DNA from: the human T2T-CHM13v2.0 reference genome, Homo sapiens
Assembly: GCF_009914755.1 (NCBI RefSeq)
Contig: NC_060945.1
Direction: 5' to 3' (one strand)
Length of the DNA: 64,000 nt
Made by a program: the position numbers and the translations under genes. The notes beneath the pieces were generated by a model. The model saw nothing but the letters and a program-made list of their open reading frames with translations. It ran no database searches and was not told where the DNA came from. Shown piece by piece: positions 15,601-31,300 of this stretch. How positions within the stretch are numbered: position 1 is the stretch's first letter; each line of letters starts with the position of its first letter.

Positions 15601-16369
15601 TCTATACTGTACAAAAAATATCAAAGTACCCAAAGCATGTATTATATACTGTACATAAAATATGAAAGTACATCAAATATATATTTTATTCTGTACATAA
15701 AATATCAAAGTACACCAGATATATATTCTATAGTGTACATAAAATATCAAAGTACCCAAACTATACATTATATACTGTACATAAAATATGAAATTACATC
15801 AAATATATATTATATTAGGTACATAAAATATGAAAGCACATCAAATATAGATTATATACTGTACATTAAATACCAAAGTACCCCAAATATATATTTTATA
15901 CTGTACATCAAATATCAAAGTTCACAAACTATATATTATATACTGTACATAAAATATCAAAGTACCCAAGGTATATATTCTATACTGCACAAAAAATATC
16001 AAAGTACCCAAAGCATGTATTATATACTGTACATAAAATATGAAAGTACATCAAATATATATTTTATTCTGTACATAAAACATCAAAGTACACCAGATAT
16101 ATATTCTATAGCGTACATAAAATATCAAAGTACCCAAACTATACATTATACACTGTACATAAAATATGAAATTACATCAAATATATATTATATTAGGTAC
16201 ATAAAATATGAAAGTACATCAAATATAGATTATATACTGCACATAAAATATCAAAGTACCCCAAATATATATTATATACTCTACATGAAATATCAAAGTT
16301 CACAAACTATATATTATATACTGTACATAAAATATCAAAGTACCCAAGGTATATATTCTATACTTTACA

Positions 16370-18900
16370 AAAAATATCAAAGTATCCAAAGCATGTATTA
16401 TATACTGTATATAAAATATGAAAGTACATCAAATATATATTTTATTCTGTACATAAAATATCAAAGTACACCAGATATATATTCTATAGTGTACATAAAA
16501 TAACAAAGTACACAAACTATAAATTATATACTGTACATAAAATATGAAATTTCATCAAATATATATTATATTAGGTACAGAAAATATGAAAGTACATCAA
16601 ATATAGATTGTATACTGTACATAAAATACCAAAGTACCCCAAATATATATATTATACTGTACATGAAATATCAAAGTTCACAAACCATATATTATATACT
16701 GTACATAAAATATCAAAGTACCCAAGGTATATATTCTATACTGTACAAAAAATATCAAAGTACCCAAAGCATGTATTATATACTGTACATAAAATATGAA
16801 ACTACATCAAATATATATTTTATTCTGGACAAAAAATATCAAAGTACACCAGACATATTTTCTATAGTGTACATAAAATATCAAAGTACCCAAAGCATGT
16901 ATTATATACTGTACATAAAATATGAAAGTACATCAAATATATATTTTATTCTGTACATAAAATATCAAAGTACACCAGATATATATTCTATAGTGTACAT
17001 AAAATATCAAAAGTACCCAAACTATACATTATATACTGTACATAAAATATGAACTTACATCAAATATATATTATATTAGGTACATAAAATATGAAAGTAC
17101 ATCAAATATAGATTATATACTGTACATTAAATACCAAAGTACCCCAAATATATATTTTATACTCTACATGTAATATCAAAGTTCACACACTATATATTAT
17201 ATACTGTACATAAAATATCAAAGTACCCAAGGTATATATTCTATACTGTACAAAAAACATCAAAGTACCCAAAGCATGTATTATATACTGTACATAAAAT
17301 ATGAAAGTACATCAAATATATATTTTATTCTGTACATAAAATATCAAAGTACACCAGATATATATTCTATAGTGTATATAAAATATCAAAGTACCCAAAC
17401 TATACATTATATACTGTACATAAAATATGAAATTACATCAAATATATATTATATTAGGTACATAAAATATGAAAGTACATCAAATATAGATTATATACTG
17501 TACATAAAATATCAAAGTACCCCAAAGATATATTATATACTCTACATGAAATATCAAAGTTCACAAACTATATATTATATACTGTACATAAAATATCAAA
17601 GTACCCAAGGTATATATTCTATACTGTACAAAAAATATCAAAGTATCCAAAGCATGTATTATATACTGTATATAAAATATGAAAGTACATCAAATATATA
17701 TTTTATTCTGTACATAAAATATCAAAGTACACCAGATATATATTCTATAGTGTACATAAAATAACAAAGTACACAAACTATAAATTATATACTGTACATA
17801 AAATATGAAATTTCATCAAATATATATTATATTAGGTACAGAAAATATGAAAGTACATCAAATATAGATTGTATACTGTACATAAAATACCAAAGTACCC
17901 CAAATATATATATTATACTGTACATGAAATATCAAAGTTCACAAACCATATATTATATACTGTACATAAAATATCAAAGTACCCAAGGTATATATTCTAT
18001 ACTGTACAAAAAATATCAAAGTACCCAAAGCATGTATTATATACTGTACATAAAATATGAAACTACATCAAATATATATTTTATTCTGGACAAAAAATAT
18101 CAAAGTACACCAGACATATTTTCTATAGTGTACATAAAATATCAAAGTACCCAAAGCATGTATTATATACTGTACATAAAATATGAAAGTACATCAAATA
18201 TATATTTTATTCTGTACATAAAATATCAAAGTACACCAGATATATATTCTATAGTGTACATAAAATATCAAAAGTACCCAAACTATACATTATATACTGT
18301 ACATAAAATATGAACTTACATCAAATATATATTATATTAGGTACATAAAATATGAAAGTACATCAAATATAGATTATATACTGTACATTAAATATCAAAG
18401 TACCCCAAATATATATTTTATACTCTACATGAAATATCAAAGTTCACACACTATATATTATATACTGTACATAAAATATCAAAGTACCCAAGGTATATAT
18501 TCTATACTGTACAAAAAACATCAAAGTACCCAAAGCATGTATTATATACTGTACATAAAATATGAAAGTACATCAAATATATATTTTATTCTGTACATAA
18601 AATATCAAAGTACACCAGATATATATTCTATAGTGTATATAAAATATCAAAGTACCCAAACTATACATTATATACTGTACATAAAATATGAAATTACATC
18701 AAATATATATTATATTAGGTACATAAAATATGAAAGTACATCAAATATAGATTATATACTGTACATAAAATATCAAAGTACCCCAAAGATATATTATATA
18801 CTCTACATGAAATATCAAAGTTCACAAACTATATATTATATACTGTACATAAAATATCAAAGTACCCAAGGTATATATTCTATACTGTACAAAAAATATC
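16370..18900 (+). repeat. Tandem duplication of a 1261-bp unit (3 HORs including a 12-monomer HOR)
   Basis: ORFs 16608/17869 and 16663/17924; 1261 = 3x378+126+1. Shared markers: AGTATCCAAA, TTTCATC, CTGGACAAAA, GAACTTAC, CCCAAAGAT. Confidence 0.88.
16584..17088 (+). repeat. 12-monomer HOR variant (505 bp = 378+126+1)
   Basis: Internal duplication of three monomers, with markers GAAACTAC, CTGGACA, CCAGACATATTTTC and a +1 A (TATCAAAAGTAC). Related copies near 14400, 18050, 21180, 34070 and 40960. Confidence 0.87.
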
Positions 18901-19399
18901 AAAGTACCCAAAGCATGTATTATATACTGTATATAAAATATGAAAGTACATCAAATATATATTTTATTCTGTACATAAAATATCAAAGTACACCAGATAT
19001 ATATTCTATAGTGTACATAAAATAACAAAGTACACAAACTATAAATTATATACTGTACATAAAATATGAAATTACATCAAATATATATTAGGTACATAAA
19101 ATATGAAAGTACATCAAATATAGATTATATACTGTACATATAATATCAATGTACCCCAAATATATATTTTATACTCTACATGAAATATCAAAGTTCACAA
19201 ACCATATATTATATACTGTACATAAAATATCAAAGTACCCAAGGTATATATTCTATACTATACAAAAAATATCAAAGTACCCAAAGCATGTATTATATAC
19301 TGTACATAAAATATGAAAGTACATCAAATATATATTTTATTCTTTACATAATATATCAAAGTACACCAGATATATATTCTATAGTGTACATAAAATATA

Positions 19400-22300
19400 A
19401 AAGTACCAAAACTATACATTATATACTGTACATAAAATATGAAATTACATCAAATATATATTATATTAGGTACATAAAATATGAAAGTACATCAAATATA
19501 GATTATATACTGTACATAAAATATCAAAGTACCCGAAATATATATTATATACTCTACATGAAATATCAAAGTTCACAAACTATATATTATATACTGTACA
19601 TAAAATATCAAAGTACCCAAGGTATATATTCTGTAATGTACAAAAAATATCAAAGTATCCAAAGCATGTATTATACACTGTATATAAAATATGAAATTAC
19701 ATTAAATATATATTTTATTCTGTACATAAAATATCAAAGTACACCAGATATATATTCTATAGTGTCTATAAAATTACAAAATACACAAACTATAAATTAT
19801 ATACTGTACATAAAATATGAAATTACATCAAATATATATTAGGTACATAAAATATGAAAGTACATCAAATATAGATTATATACTGTACATATAATATCAA
19901 TGTACCCCAAATATATATTTTATACTCTACATGAAATATCAAAGTTCACAAACCATACATTATATACTGTACATAAAATATCAAATTACCCAAGGTATAT
20001 ATTCTATACTGTACAAAAAATATCAAAGTACCCAAAGCATGTATTATATACTGTACATAAAATATGAAAGTACATCAAATATATATTTTATTCTGTACAT
20101 AAAATATCAAAGTACACCAGATATATATTCTATAGTGTACATAAAATATCAAATTACCCAAACTATACATTATATACTGTACATAAAATATGAAATTACA
20201 TCAAATATATATTATATTAGGTACATAAAATATGAAAGTACATCAAATATAGATTATATACTGTACATAAAATATCAAAGTACCCAAATATATATTATAT
20301 ACTCTACATGAAATATCAAAGTTCACAAACTATATATTATATACTATACATAAAATATCAAAGTACCCAAGGTATATATTCTATACTGTACAAAAAATAT
20401 CAAAGTACCCAAAGCATGTATTATATACTGTACATAAAATATGAAAGTACATCAAATATATATTTTATTCTGTACATAAAATATCAAAGTACACCAGATA
20501 TATATTCTATAGTGTACATAAAATAACAAAGTACACAAACTATAAATTATATACTGTACATAAAATATGAAATTACATCAAATATATATTAGGTACATAA
20601 AATATGAAAGTACATCAAATATAGATTATATACTGTACATAAAATATCAAAGTACCCCAAATATATATTATATACTGTACATGAAATATCAAAGTTCACA
20701 AACTATATATTATATACTGTACATAAAATATCAAAGTACCCGAGGTATATATTCTATACTGTACAAAAAATATCAAAGTACCCAAAACATGTATTATATA
20801 CTGTACATAAAATATGAAAGTACATCAAATATATATTTTATTCTGTACATAAAATATCAAAGTACACCAGATATATATTCTATAGTGTACATAAAATAAC
20901 AAAGTACACAAACGATAAATTATATACTGTACATAAAATATGACATTACATCAAATATATATTAGGTACATAAAATATGAAAGTACATCAAATATAGATT
21001 ATATACTGTACATAAAATATCAATGTACCCCAAATATATATTTTATACTCTACATGAAATATCAAAGTTCACAAACCATATATTATATACTGTACATATA
21101 ATATCAAAGTACCCAAGGTATATATTCTATACAGTACAAAAAATATCAAAGTACCCAAAGCATGTATTTTATACTGTACATAAAATATGAAACTACATCA
21201 AATATATATTTTATTCTGGACAAAAAATATCAAAGTACACCAGACATATTTTCTATAGTGTACATAAAATATCAAAGTACCCAAAGCATGTATTATATAC
21301 TGTACATAAAATATGAAAGTACATCAAATATATATTTTATTCTGTACATAAAATATCAAAGTACACCAGATATATATTCTATAGTGTACATAAAATATCA
21401 AAAGTACCCAAACTATACATTATATACTGTACATAAAATATGAACTTACATCAAATATATATTATATTAGGTACATAAAATATGAAAGTACATCAAATAT
21501 AGATTATATACTGTATATTAAATACCAAAGTACCCCAAATATATATTTTATACTGTACATGTAATATCAAAGTTCACACACTATATATTATATACTGTAC
21601 ATAAAATATCAAAGTACCCAAGGTATATATTCTATACTGTACAAAAAACATCAAAGTACCCAAAGCATGTATTATATACTGTACATAAAATATGAAAGTA
21701 CATCAAATATATATTTTATTCTGTACATAAAATATCAAAGTACACCAGATATATATTCTATAGTGTATATAAAATATCAAAGTACCCAAACTATAAATTA
21801 TATACTGTACATAAAATATGAAATTACATCAAATATATATTATATTAGGTACATAAAATATGAAAGTACATCAAATATAGATTATATACTGTACATAAAA
21901 TATCAAAGTACCCCAAAGATATATTATATACTCTACATGAAATATCAAAGTTCACAAACTATATATTATATACTGTACATAAAATATCAAAGTACCCAAG
22001 GTATATATTCTATACTGTACAAAAAATATCAAAGTACCCAAAGCATGTATTATATACTGTATATAAAATATGAAAGTACATCAAATATATATTTTATTCT
22101 GTACATAAAATATCAAAGTACACCAGATATATATTCTATAGTGTACATAAAATAACAAAGTACACAAACTATAAATTATATACTGTACGTAAAATATGAA
22201 ATTACATCAAATATATATTAGGTACATAAAATATGAAAGTACATCAAATATAGATTATATACTGTACATATATTATCAATGTACCCCAAATATATATTTT

Positions 22301-25300
22301 ATACTCTACATGAAATATCAAAGTTCAGAAACCATATATTATATACTGTACATAAAATATCAAAGTACCCAAGGTATATATTCTATACTGTACAAAAAAT
22401 ATCAAAGTACCCAAAGCATGTATTATATACTGTACATAAAATATGAAAGCACATCAAATATATATTTTATTCTGTACATAAAACATCAAAGTACACCAGA
22501 TATATATTCTATACTGTACAAAAAATATCAAAGTACCCAAAGCATGTATTATATACTGTACATAAAATATGAAATTACATCAAATATATATTATATTAGG
22601 TACATAAAATATGAAAGCACATCAAATATAGATTATATACTGTACATTAAATACCAAAGTAACACAAATATATATTTTATACTGTACATCAAATATCAAA
22701 GTTCACAAACTATATATTATATACTGTACATAAAATATCAAAGTACCCAAGGTATGTATTCTATACTGTATAAAAAATATCAAAGTACCCAAAGCATGTA
22801 TTATATACTGTACATAAAATATGAAAGTACATCAAATATATATTTTATTCTGTACATAAAATATCAAAGTACACCAGATATATATTCTATAGTGTACATA
22901 AAATATCAAAGTACCCAAACTATACATTATATACTGTACATAAAATATGAGATTACATCAAATATATATAATATTAGCTACATAAAATATGAAAGTACAT
23001 CAGATATAGATTATATACTGTACAAAAAATATCAAAGTACCCCAAATATATATTATATTCTCTACATGAAATATCAAAGTTCACAAACTATATATTATAT
23101 ACTGTACATAAAATATCAAAGTACCCATGGTATATATTCTATACTGTACAAAAAATATCAAAGTACCCAAAGCATGTATTATATACTGTATACAAAATAT
23201 GAAAATACATTAAATATATATTTTATTCTGTACATAAAATATCAAAGTACACCAGATATGTATTCTATAGTGTACATAAAATAACAAAGTACACAAACTA
23301 TAAATTATATACTGTACGTAAAATATGAAATTACATCAAATATATATTAGGTACATAAAATATGAAAGTACATCAAATATAGATTATATACTGTACATAT
23401 AATATCAATGTACCCCAAATATATATTTTATACTCTACATGAAATATCAAAGTTCACAAACCATACATTATATACTGTACATAAAATATCAAAGTACCCA
23501 AGGTATATATTCTATACTGTACGAAAAATATCAAAGTACCCAAAGCATGTATTATATACTGTACATAAAATATGAAAGTACATCAAATATATATTTTATT
23601 CTGTACATAAAATATCAAAGTACACCAGATATATATTCTATAGTGTACATAAAATATCAAAGTACCCAAACTATACATTATATACTGTACATAAAATATG
23701 AAATTACATCAAATATATATTAGGTACATAAAATATGAAAGTATATCAAATATAGATTATATACTGTACATATAATATCAATGTACCCCAAATATATATT
23801 TTATACTCTACATGAAATATCAAAATTCACAAACTATATATTATATACTGTACATAAAATATCAAAGTACCCAAGTTATATATTCTATACTGTACAAAAA
23901 ATATCAAAGTACCCAAAGCATGTTTTATATACTGTACATAAAATATGAAAGTACATCAAATATATATTTTATTCTGTAAATAAAATATCAAAGTACACCA
24001 GATATATATTCTATAGTGTACATAAAATATCAATGTACCCAAACTATACATTATATACTGTACATAAAATATGAAATTACATCAAATATATATTATATTA
24101 GGTACATAAAATATGAAAGCACATCAAATATAGATTATATACTGTACATTAAATGCCAAAGTACCCCAAATATATATTTTATACTGTACATCAAATATCA
24201 AAGTTCACAAACTATATATTATATACTGTACATAAAATATCAAAGTACCCAAGGTATATATTCTATACTGTACAAAAAATATCAAAGTATCCAAAGCATG
24301 TATTATATACTTTATATAAAATATGAAAGTACGTCAAATATATATTTTATTCTGTACATAAAATATCAAAGTACACCAGATATATATTCTATAGTGTACA
24401 TAAAATAACAAAGTACACAAACTATAAATTATATACTGTACATAAAATATGAAATTACATCAAATATATATTAGGTACATAAAATATGAAAGTACATCAA
24501 ATATAGATTATATACTGTACATATAATATCAATGTACCCCAAATATATATTTTATACTCTACATGAAATATCAAAGTTCACAAACCATATATTATATACT
24601 GTACATAAAATATCAAAGTACCCAAGGTATATATTCTATACTATACAAAAAGTGTCAAAGTACCCAAAGCATGTATTATATACTGTACCTAAAATATGAA
24701 AGTACATCAAATATATATTTTATTCTGTACATAAAATATCAAAGTACACCAGATATATATTCTATACTGTACATAAAATATCAAAGTACCCAAACTATAT
24801 ATTATATACTGTACATAAAATATGAAATTACATCAAATATATTTTATATTAGGTACATAAAATATGAAAGTACATCAAATATAGATTATATACTGTACAT
24901 TAAATACCAAAGTACCCCAAATATATATTTTATACTGTACATAAAATATCAAAGTTCACAAACTATATATTATATACTGTACATATAATATCAAAGTACC
25001 CAGGGTATATATTCTATACTGTACAAAAAATAACAAAGTACCAAAAGCATGTATAATATACTGTACATAAAATTTGAAAGTACATCAAATATATATTTTA
25101 TTCTGTACATAAAATATCAAAGTACACCCGATATATATTCTATAGTGTACATAAAATATCAAAGTACCCAAACTATACATTATATACCGTACATAAAATA
25201 TGAAATTACATCAAATATATATTAGGTTCATAAAATATGAAAGTACATCAAATATAGATTATATACTGTACATTAAATACCAAAGTACCCCAAATATATA

Positions 25301-28300
25301 TTTTATACTCTACATGAAATATCAAAGTTCACAAACTATATATTATATACTGTACATATAATATCAAAGTACCCAAGGTATATATTCTATACTGTACAAA
25401 AAATAACAAAGTACCAAAAGCATGTATAATATACTGTACATAAAATATGAAAGTACATCAAATATATATTTTATTCTGTACATAAAATATCAAAGTACAC
25501 CAGATATATATTCTATAGTGTACATAAAATATCAAAGTACCCAAACTATACATTATATACTGTAAATAAAATATGAAATTACATCAAATATATTTTATAT
25601 TAGGTACCTAAAATATGAAAGTACATCAAATATAGATTATATACTGTACATTAAATACCAAAGTACCCCAAATATATATTTTATACTGTACATGAAATAT
25701 CAAAGTTCACAAACTATATATTATATACTGTACATAAATTATCAAAGTACCCAAGGTATATATTCTATACTGTACAAAAAATATCAAAGTACCCAAAGCA
25801 TGTATTATATACTGTACATAAAATATGAAAGTACATCAAATATATATTTTATTCTGTACATAAAATATCAAAGTACACCAGATATATATTTTATAGTGTA
25901 CATAAAATAACGAAGTACCCAAACTATAAATTATATACTGTACATAAAATATGAAATTACATCAAATATATATTAGGTACATAAAATATGAAAGTACATC
26001 AAATATAGATTATATACTGTACATAAAATATCAATGTACCCCAAATATATATTTTATACTGTACATGAAATATCAAAGTTCACAAACCATATATTGTATA
26101 CTGTACATAAAATATCAAAGTACCCAAGGTATGTATTCTATACTGTACAAAAAATATCAAAGTACCCAAAGCATGTATTATATAGTGTACATAAAATATG
26201 AAAGTACATCAAATATATATTTTATTCTGTACATAAAATACCAAAGAACACCAGATATATATTCTATAGTGTACATAAAATATCAAAGTACACAAACTAT
26301 ACATTATATACTGTACATAAAATATGAAATTACATCAAATATATATTATATTAGGTACATAAAATATGAAAGTACATCAAATATAGATTATATACTGTAC
26401 ATAAAATATCAAAGTACCCCAAATATATATTATATACTCTACCTGAAATATCAAAGTTCACAAACTATATATTATATACTGTACATAAAATAAAGTACAC
26501 AAAGTATATATTCTATACTGTACAAAAAATATCAAAGTACCCAAAGCATGTATTATATACTGTACATAAAATATGAAAGTACATCAAATATATATTTTAT
26601 TCTGTACATAAAATATCAAAGTACACCAGATATATATTCTATAGTGTACATAAAATATGAAAGTACCCAAACTATACATTATATACTGTACATAAAATAT
26701 GAAATTACATCAAATATATATTATATTAGGTACATAAAATATGGAAGTACATCAAATATAGATTATATACTGTACATAAAATATCAAGGTACCCCAAATA
26801 TATATTATATACTCTACATGAAATATCAAAGTTCACAAACTATATATTATATACTGTACATAAAATATCAAAGTACCCAAGGTATATATTCCATACTGCA
26901 CAAAAAATTTCAAAGCACCCAAAGCATGTATTATATACTGTATATAAAATATGAAAGTACATCAAATATATATTTTATTCTGTACATAAAATATCAAAGT
27001 ACACCAGATATATATTCTATAGTGTACATAAAATAACAAAGTACACAAACTATAAATTATATACTGTACATAAAATATGAAATTACATCAAATATATATT
27101 AGGTACATAAAATATGAAAGTACATCAAATATAGATTATATACTGTACATAAAATATCAAAGTACCCCAAATATATATTATATACTCTACATGAAATATC
27201 AAAGTTCACAAACTATATATTATATACTGTACATAAAATATCAAATTACCCAAGGTATATATTCTATACTGTACAAAAAATATCAAAGTACCCAAAGCAT
27301 GTATTATATACTGTACATAAAATATGAAAGTACATCAAATATATATTTTATTCTGTACATAAATCATCAAAGTACACCAGATATATATTCTATAGTGTAC
27401 ATAAAATATAAAAGTACCGAAACTATACATTATATACTGTACATAAAATATGAAATTACATCAAATATATATTATATTAGGTACATAATATATGAAAGTA
27501 CATCAAATATAGATTATATACTGTACATAAAATATCAAAGTACCCGAAATATATATTATATACTCTACATGAAATATCAAAGTTCACAAACTATATATTA
27601 TATACTGTACATAAAATATCAAAGTACCCAAGGTATATATTCTGTAATGTACAAAAAATATCAAAGTATCCAAAGCATGTATTATACACTGTATATAAAA
27701 TATGAAAGTACATTAAATATATATTTTATTCTGTACATAAAATATCAAAGTACACCAGATATATATTCTATAGTGTCTATAAAATAACAAAATACACAAA
27801 CTATAAATTATATACTGTACATAAAATATGAAATTACATCAAATATATATTAGGTACATAAAATATGAAAGTACATCAAATATAGATTATATACTGTACA
27901 TAAAATGTCAATGTACCCCAAATATATATTTTATACTCTACATGAAATATCAAAGTTCACAAACCATATATTATATACTGTACATAAAATATCAAGGTAC
28001 CCAAGATATATTCTATACTGTACAAAAAATATCAAAGTACCCAAAGCATGTATTATATACTGTACATAAAATATGAAAGCACATCAAATATATATTTTAT
28101 TCTGTACATAAAACATCAAAGTACACCAGATATATATTCTATACTGTACAAAAAATATCAAAGTACCCAAAGCATGTATTATATACTGTACATAAAATAT
28201 GAAATTACATCAAATATATATTATATTAGGTACATAAAATATGAAAGCACATCAAATATAGATTATATACTGTACATTAAATACCAAAGTAACACAAATA

Positions 28301-31300
28301 TATATTTTATACTGTACATCAAATATCAAAGTTCACAAACTATATATTATATACTGTACATAAAATATCAAAGTACCCAAGGTATATATTCTATACTGTA
28401 CAAAAAATATCAAAGTACCCAAAGCATGTATTATATACTGTACATAAAATATGAAAGTACATCAAATATATATTTTATTCTGTACATAAAATATCAAAGT
28501 ACACCAGATATATATTCTATAGTGTACATAAAATATCAAAGTACCCAAACTATACATTATATACTGTACATAAAATATGAGATTACATCAAATATATATA
28601 ATATTAGCTACATAAAATATGAAAGTTCATCAGATATAGATTATATACTGTACATAAAATATCAAAGTACCCCAAGTATATATTATATTCTCTACATGAA
28701 ATATCAAAGTTCACAAACTATATATTATATACTGTACATAAAATATCAAATTACCCATGGTATATATTCTATACTGTACAAAAAATATCAAAGTACCCAA
28801 AGCATGTATTATATACTGTATACAAAATATGAAAATACATTAAATATATATTTTATTCTGTACATAAAATATCAAAGTACACCAGATATGTATTCTATAG
28901 TGTACATAAAATAACAAAGTACACAAACTATAAATTATATACTGTACGTAAAATATGAAATTACATCAAATATATATTAGGTACATAAAATATGAAAGTA
29001 CATCAAATATAGATTATATACTGTACATATAATATCAATGTACCCCAAATATATATTTTATACTCTACATGAAATATCAAAGTTCACAAACCATACATTA
29101 TATACTGTACATAAAATATCAAAGTACCCAAGGTATATATTCTATACTGTACGAAAAATATCAAAGTACCCAAAGCATGTATTATATACTGTACATAAAA
29201 TAAGAAAGTACATCAAATATATATTTTATTCTGTACATAAAATATCAAAGTACACCAGATATATATTCTATAGTGTACATAAATTATCAAAGTACCCAAA
29301 CTATACATTATATACTGTACATAAAATATGAAATTACATCAAATATATATTAGGTACATAAAATATGAAAGTATATCAAATATAGATTATATACTGTACA
29401 TATAATATCAATGTACCCCAAATATATATTTTCTACTCTACATGAAATATCAAAATTCACAAACTATATATTATATACTGTAAATAAAATATCAAAGTAC
29501 CCAAGGTATATATTCTATACTGTACAAAAAATATCAAAGTACCCAAAGCATGTATTATATACTGTACATAAAATATGAAAGTACATCAAATATATATTTT
29601 ATTCTGTACATAAAATATCAAAGTACACCAGATATATATTCTATAGTGTACATAAAATATCAATGTACCCAAACTATACATTATATACTGTACATAAAAT
29701 ATGAAATTACATCAAATATATATTATATTAGGTACATAAAATATGAAAGCACATCAAATATAGATTATATACTGTACATTAAAAGCCAAAGTACCCCAAA
29801 TATATATTTTATACTGTACATCAAATATCAAAGTTCACAAACTATATATTATATACTGTACATAAAATATCAAAGTACCCAAGGTATATATTCTATACTG
29901 TACAAAAAATATCAAAGTATCCAAAGCATGTATTATATACTGTATATAAAATATGAAAGTACGTCAAATATATATTTTATTCTGTACATAAAATATCAAA
30001 GTACACCAGATATATATTCTATAGTGTACATAAAATAACAAAGTACACAAACTATAAATTATATACTGTACATAAAATATGAAATTACATCAAATATATA
30101 TTAGGTACATAAAATATGAAAGTACATCAAATATAGATTATATACTGTACATAAAATATCAATGTACCCCAAATATATATTTTATACTCTACATGAAATG
30201 TCAAAGTTCACAAACCATATATTATATACTGTACATAAAATATCAAAGTACCCAAGGTATATATTCTATACTATACAAAAAGTATCAAAGTACCCAAAGC
30301 ATGTATTATATACTGTACCTAAAATATGAAAGTACATCAAATATATATTTTATTCTGTACATAAAATATCAAAGTACACCAGATATATATTCTATAGTGT
30401 ACATAAAATATCAAAGTACCCAAACTATATATTATATACTGTACATAAAATATGAAATTACATCAAATATATTTTATATTAGGTACATAAAATATGAAAG
30501 TACATCAAATATAGATTATATACTGTACATTAAATACCAAAGTACCCCAAATATATATTTTATACTGTACATGAAATATCAAAGTTCACAAACTATATAT
30601 TATATACTGTACATATAATATCAAAGTACCCAGGGTATATATTCTATACTGTACAAAAAATAACAAAGTACCAAAAGCATGTATAATATACTGTACATAA
30701 AATATGAAAGTACATCAAATATATATTTTATTCTGTACATAAAATATCAAAGTACACCAGATATATATTCTATAGTGTACATAAAATATCAAAGTACCCA
30801 AACTATACATTATATACCGTACATAAAATATGAAATTACATCAAATATATATTAGGTTCATAAAATATGAATGTACATCAAATATAGATTATATACTGTA
30901 CATTAAATACCAAAGTACCCCAAATATATATTTTATACTCTACATGAAATATCAAAGTTCACAAACTATATATTATATACTGTACATAAAATATCAAAGT
31001 ACCCAAGGTATATATTCTATACTGTACAAAAAATAACAAAGTACCAAAAGCATGTATAATATACTGTACATAAAATATGAAAGTACATCAAATATATATT
31101 TTATTCTGTACATAAAATATCAAAGTACACCAGATATATATTCTATAGTGTACATAAAATATCAAAGTACCCAAACTATACATTATATACTGTAAATAAA
31201 ATATGAAATTACATCAAATATATTTTATATTAGGTACCTAAAATATGAAAGTACATCAAATATAGATTATATACTGTACATTAAATACCAAAGTACCCCA

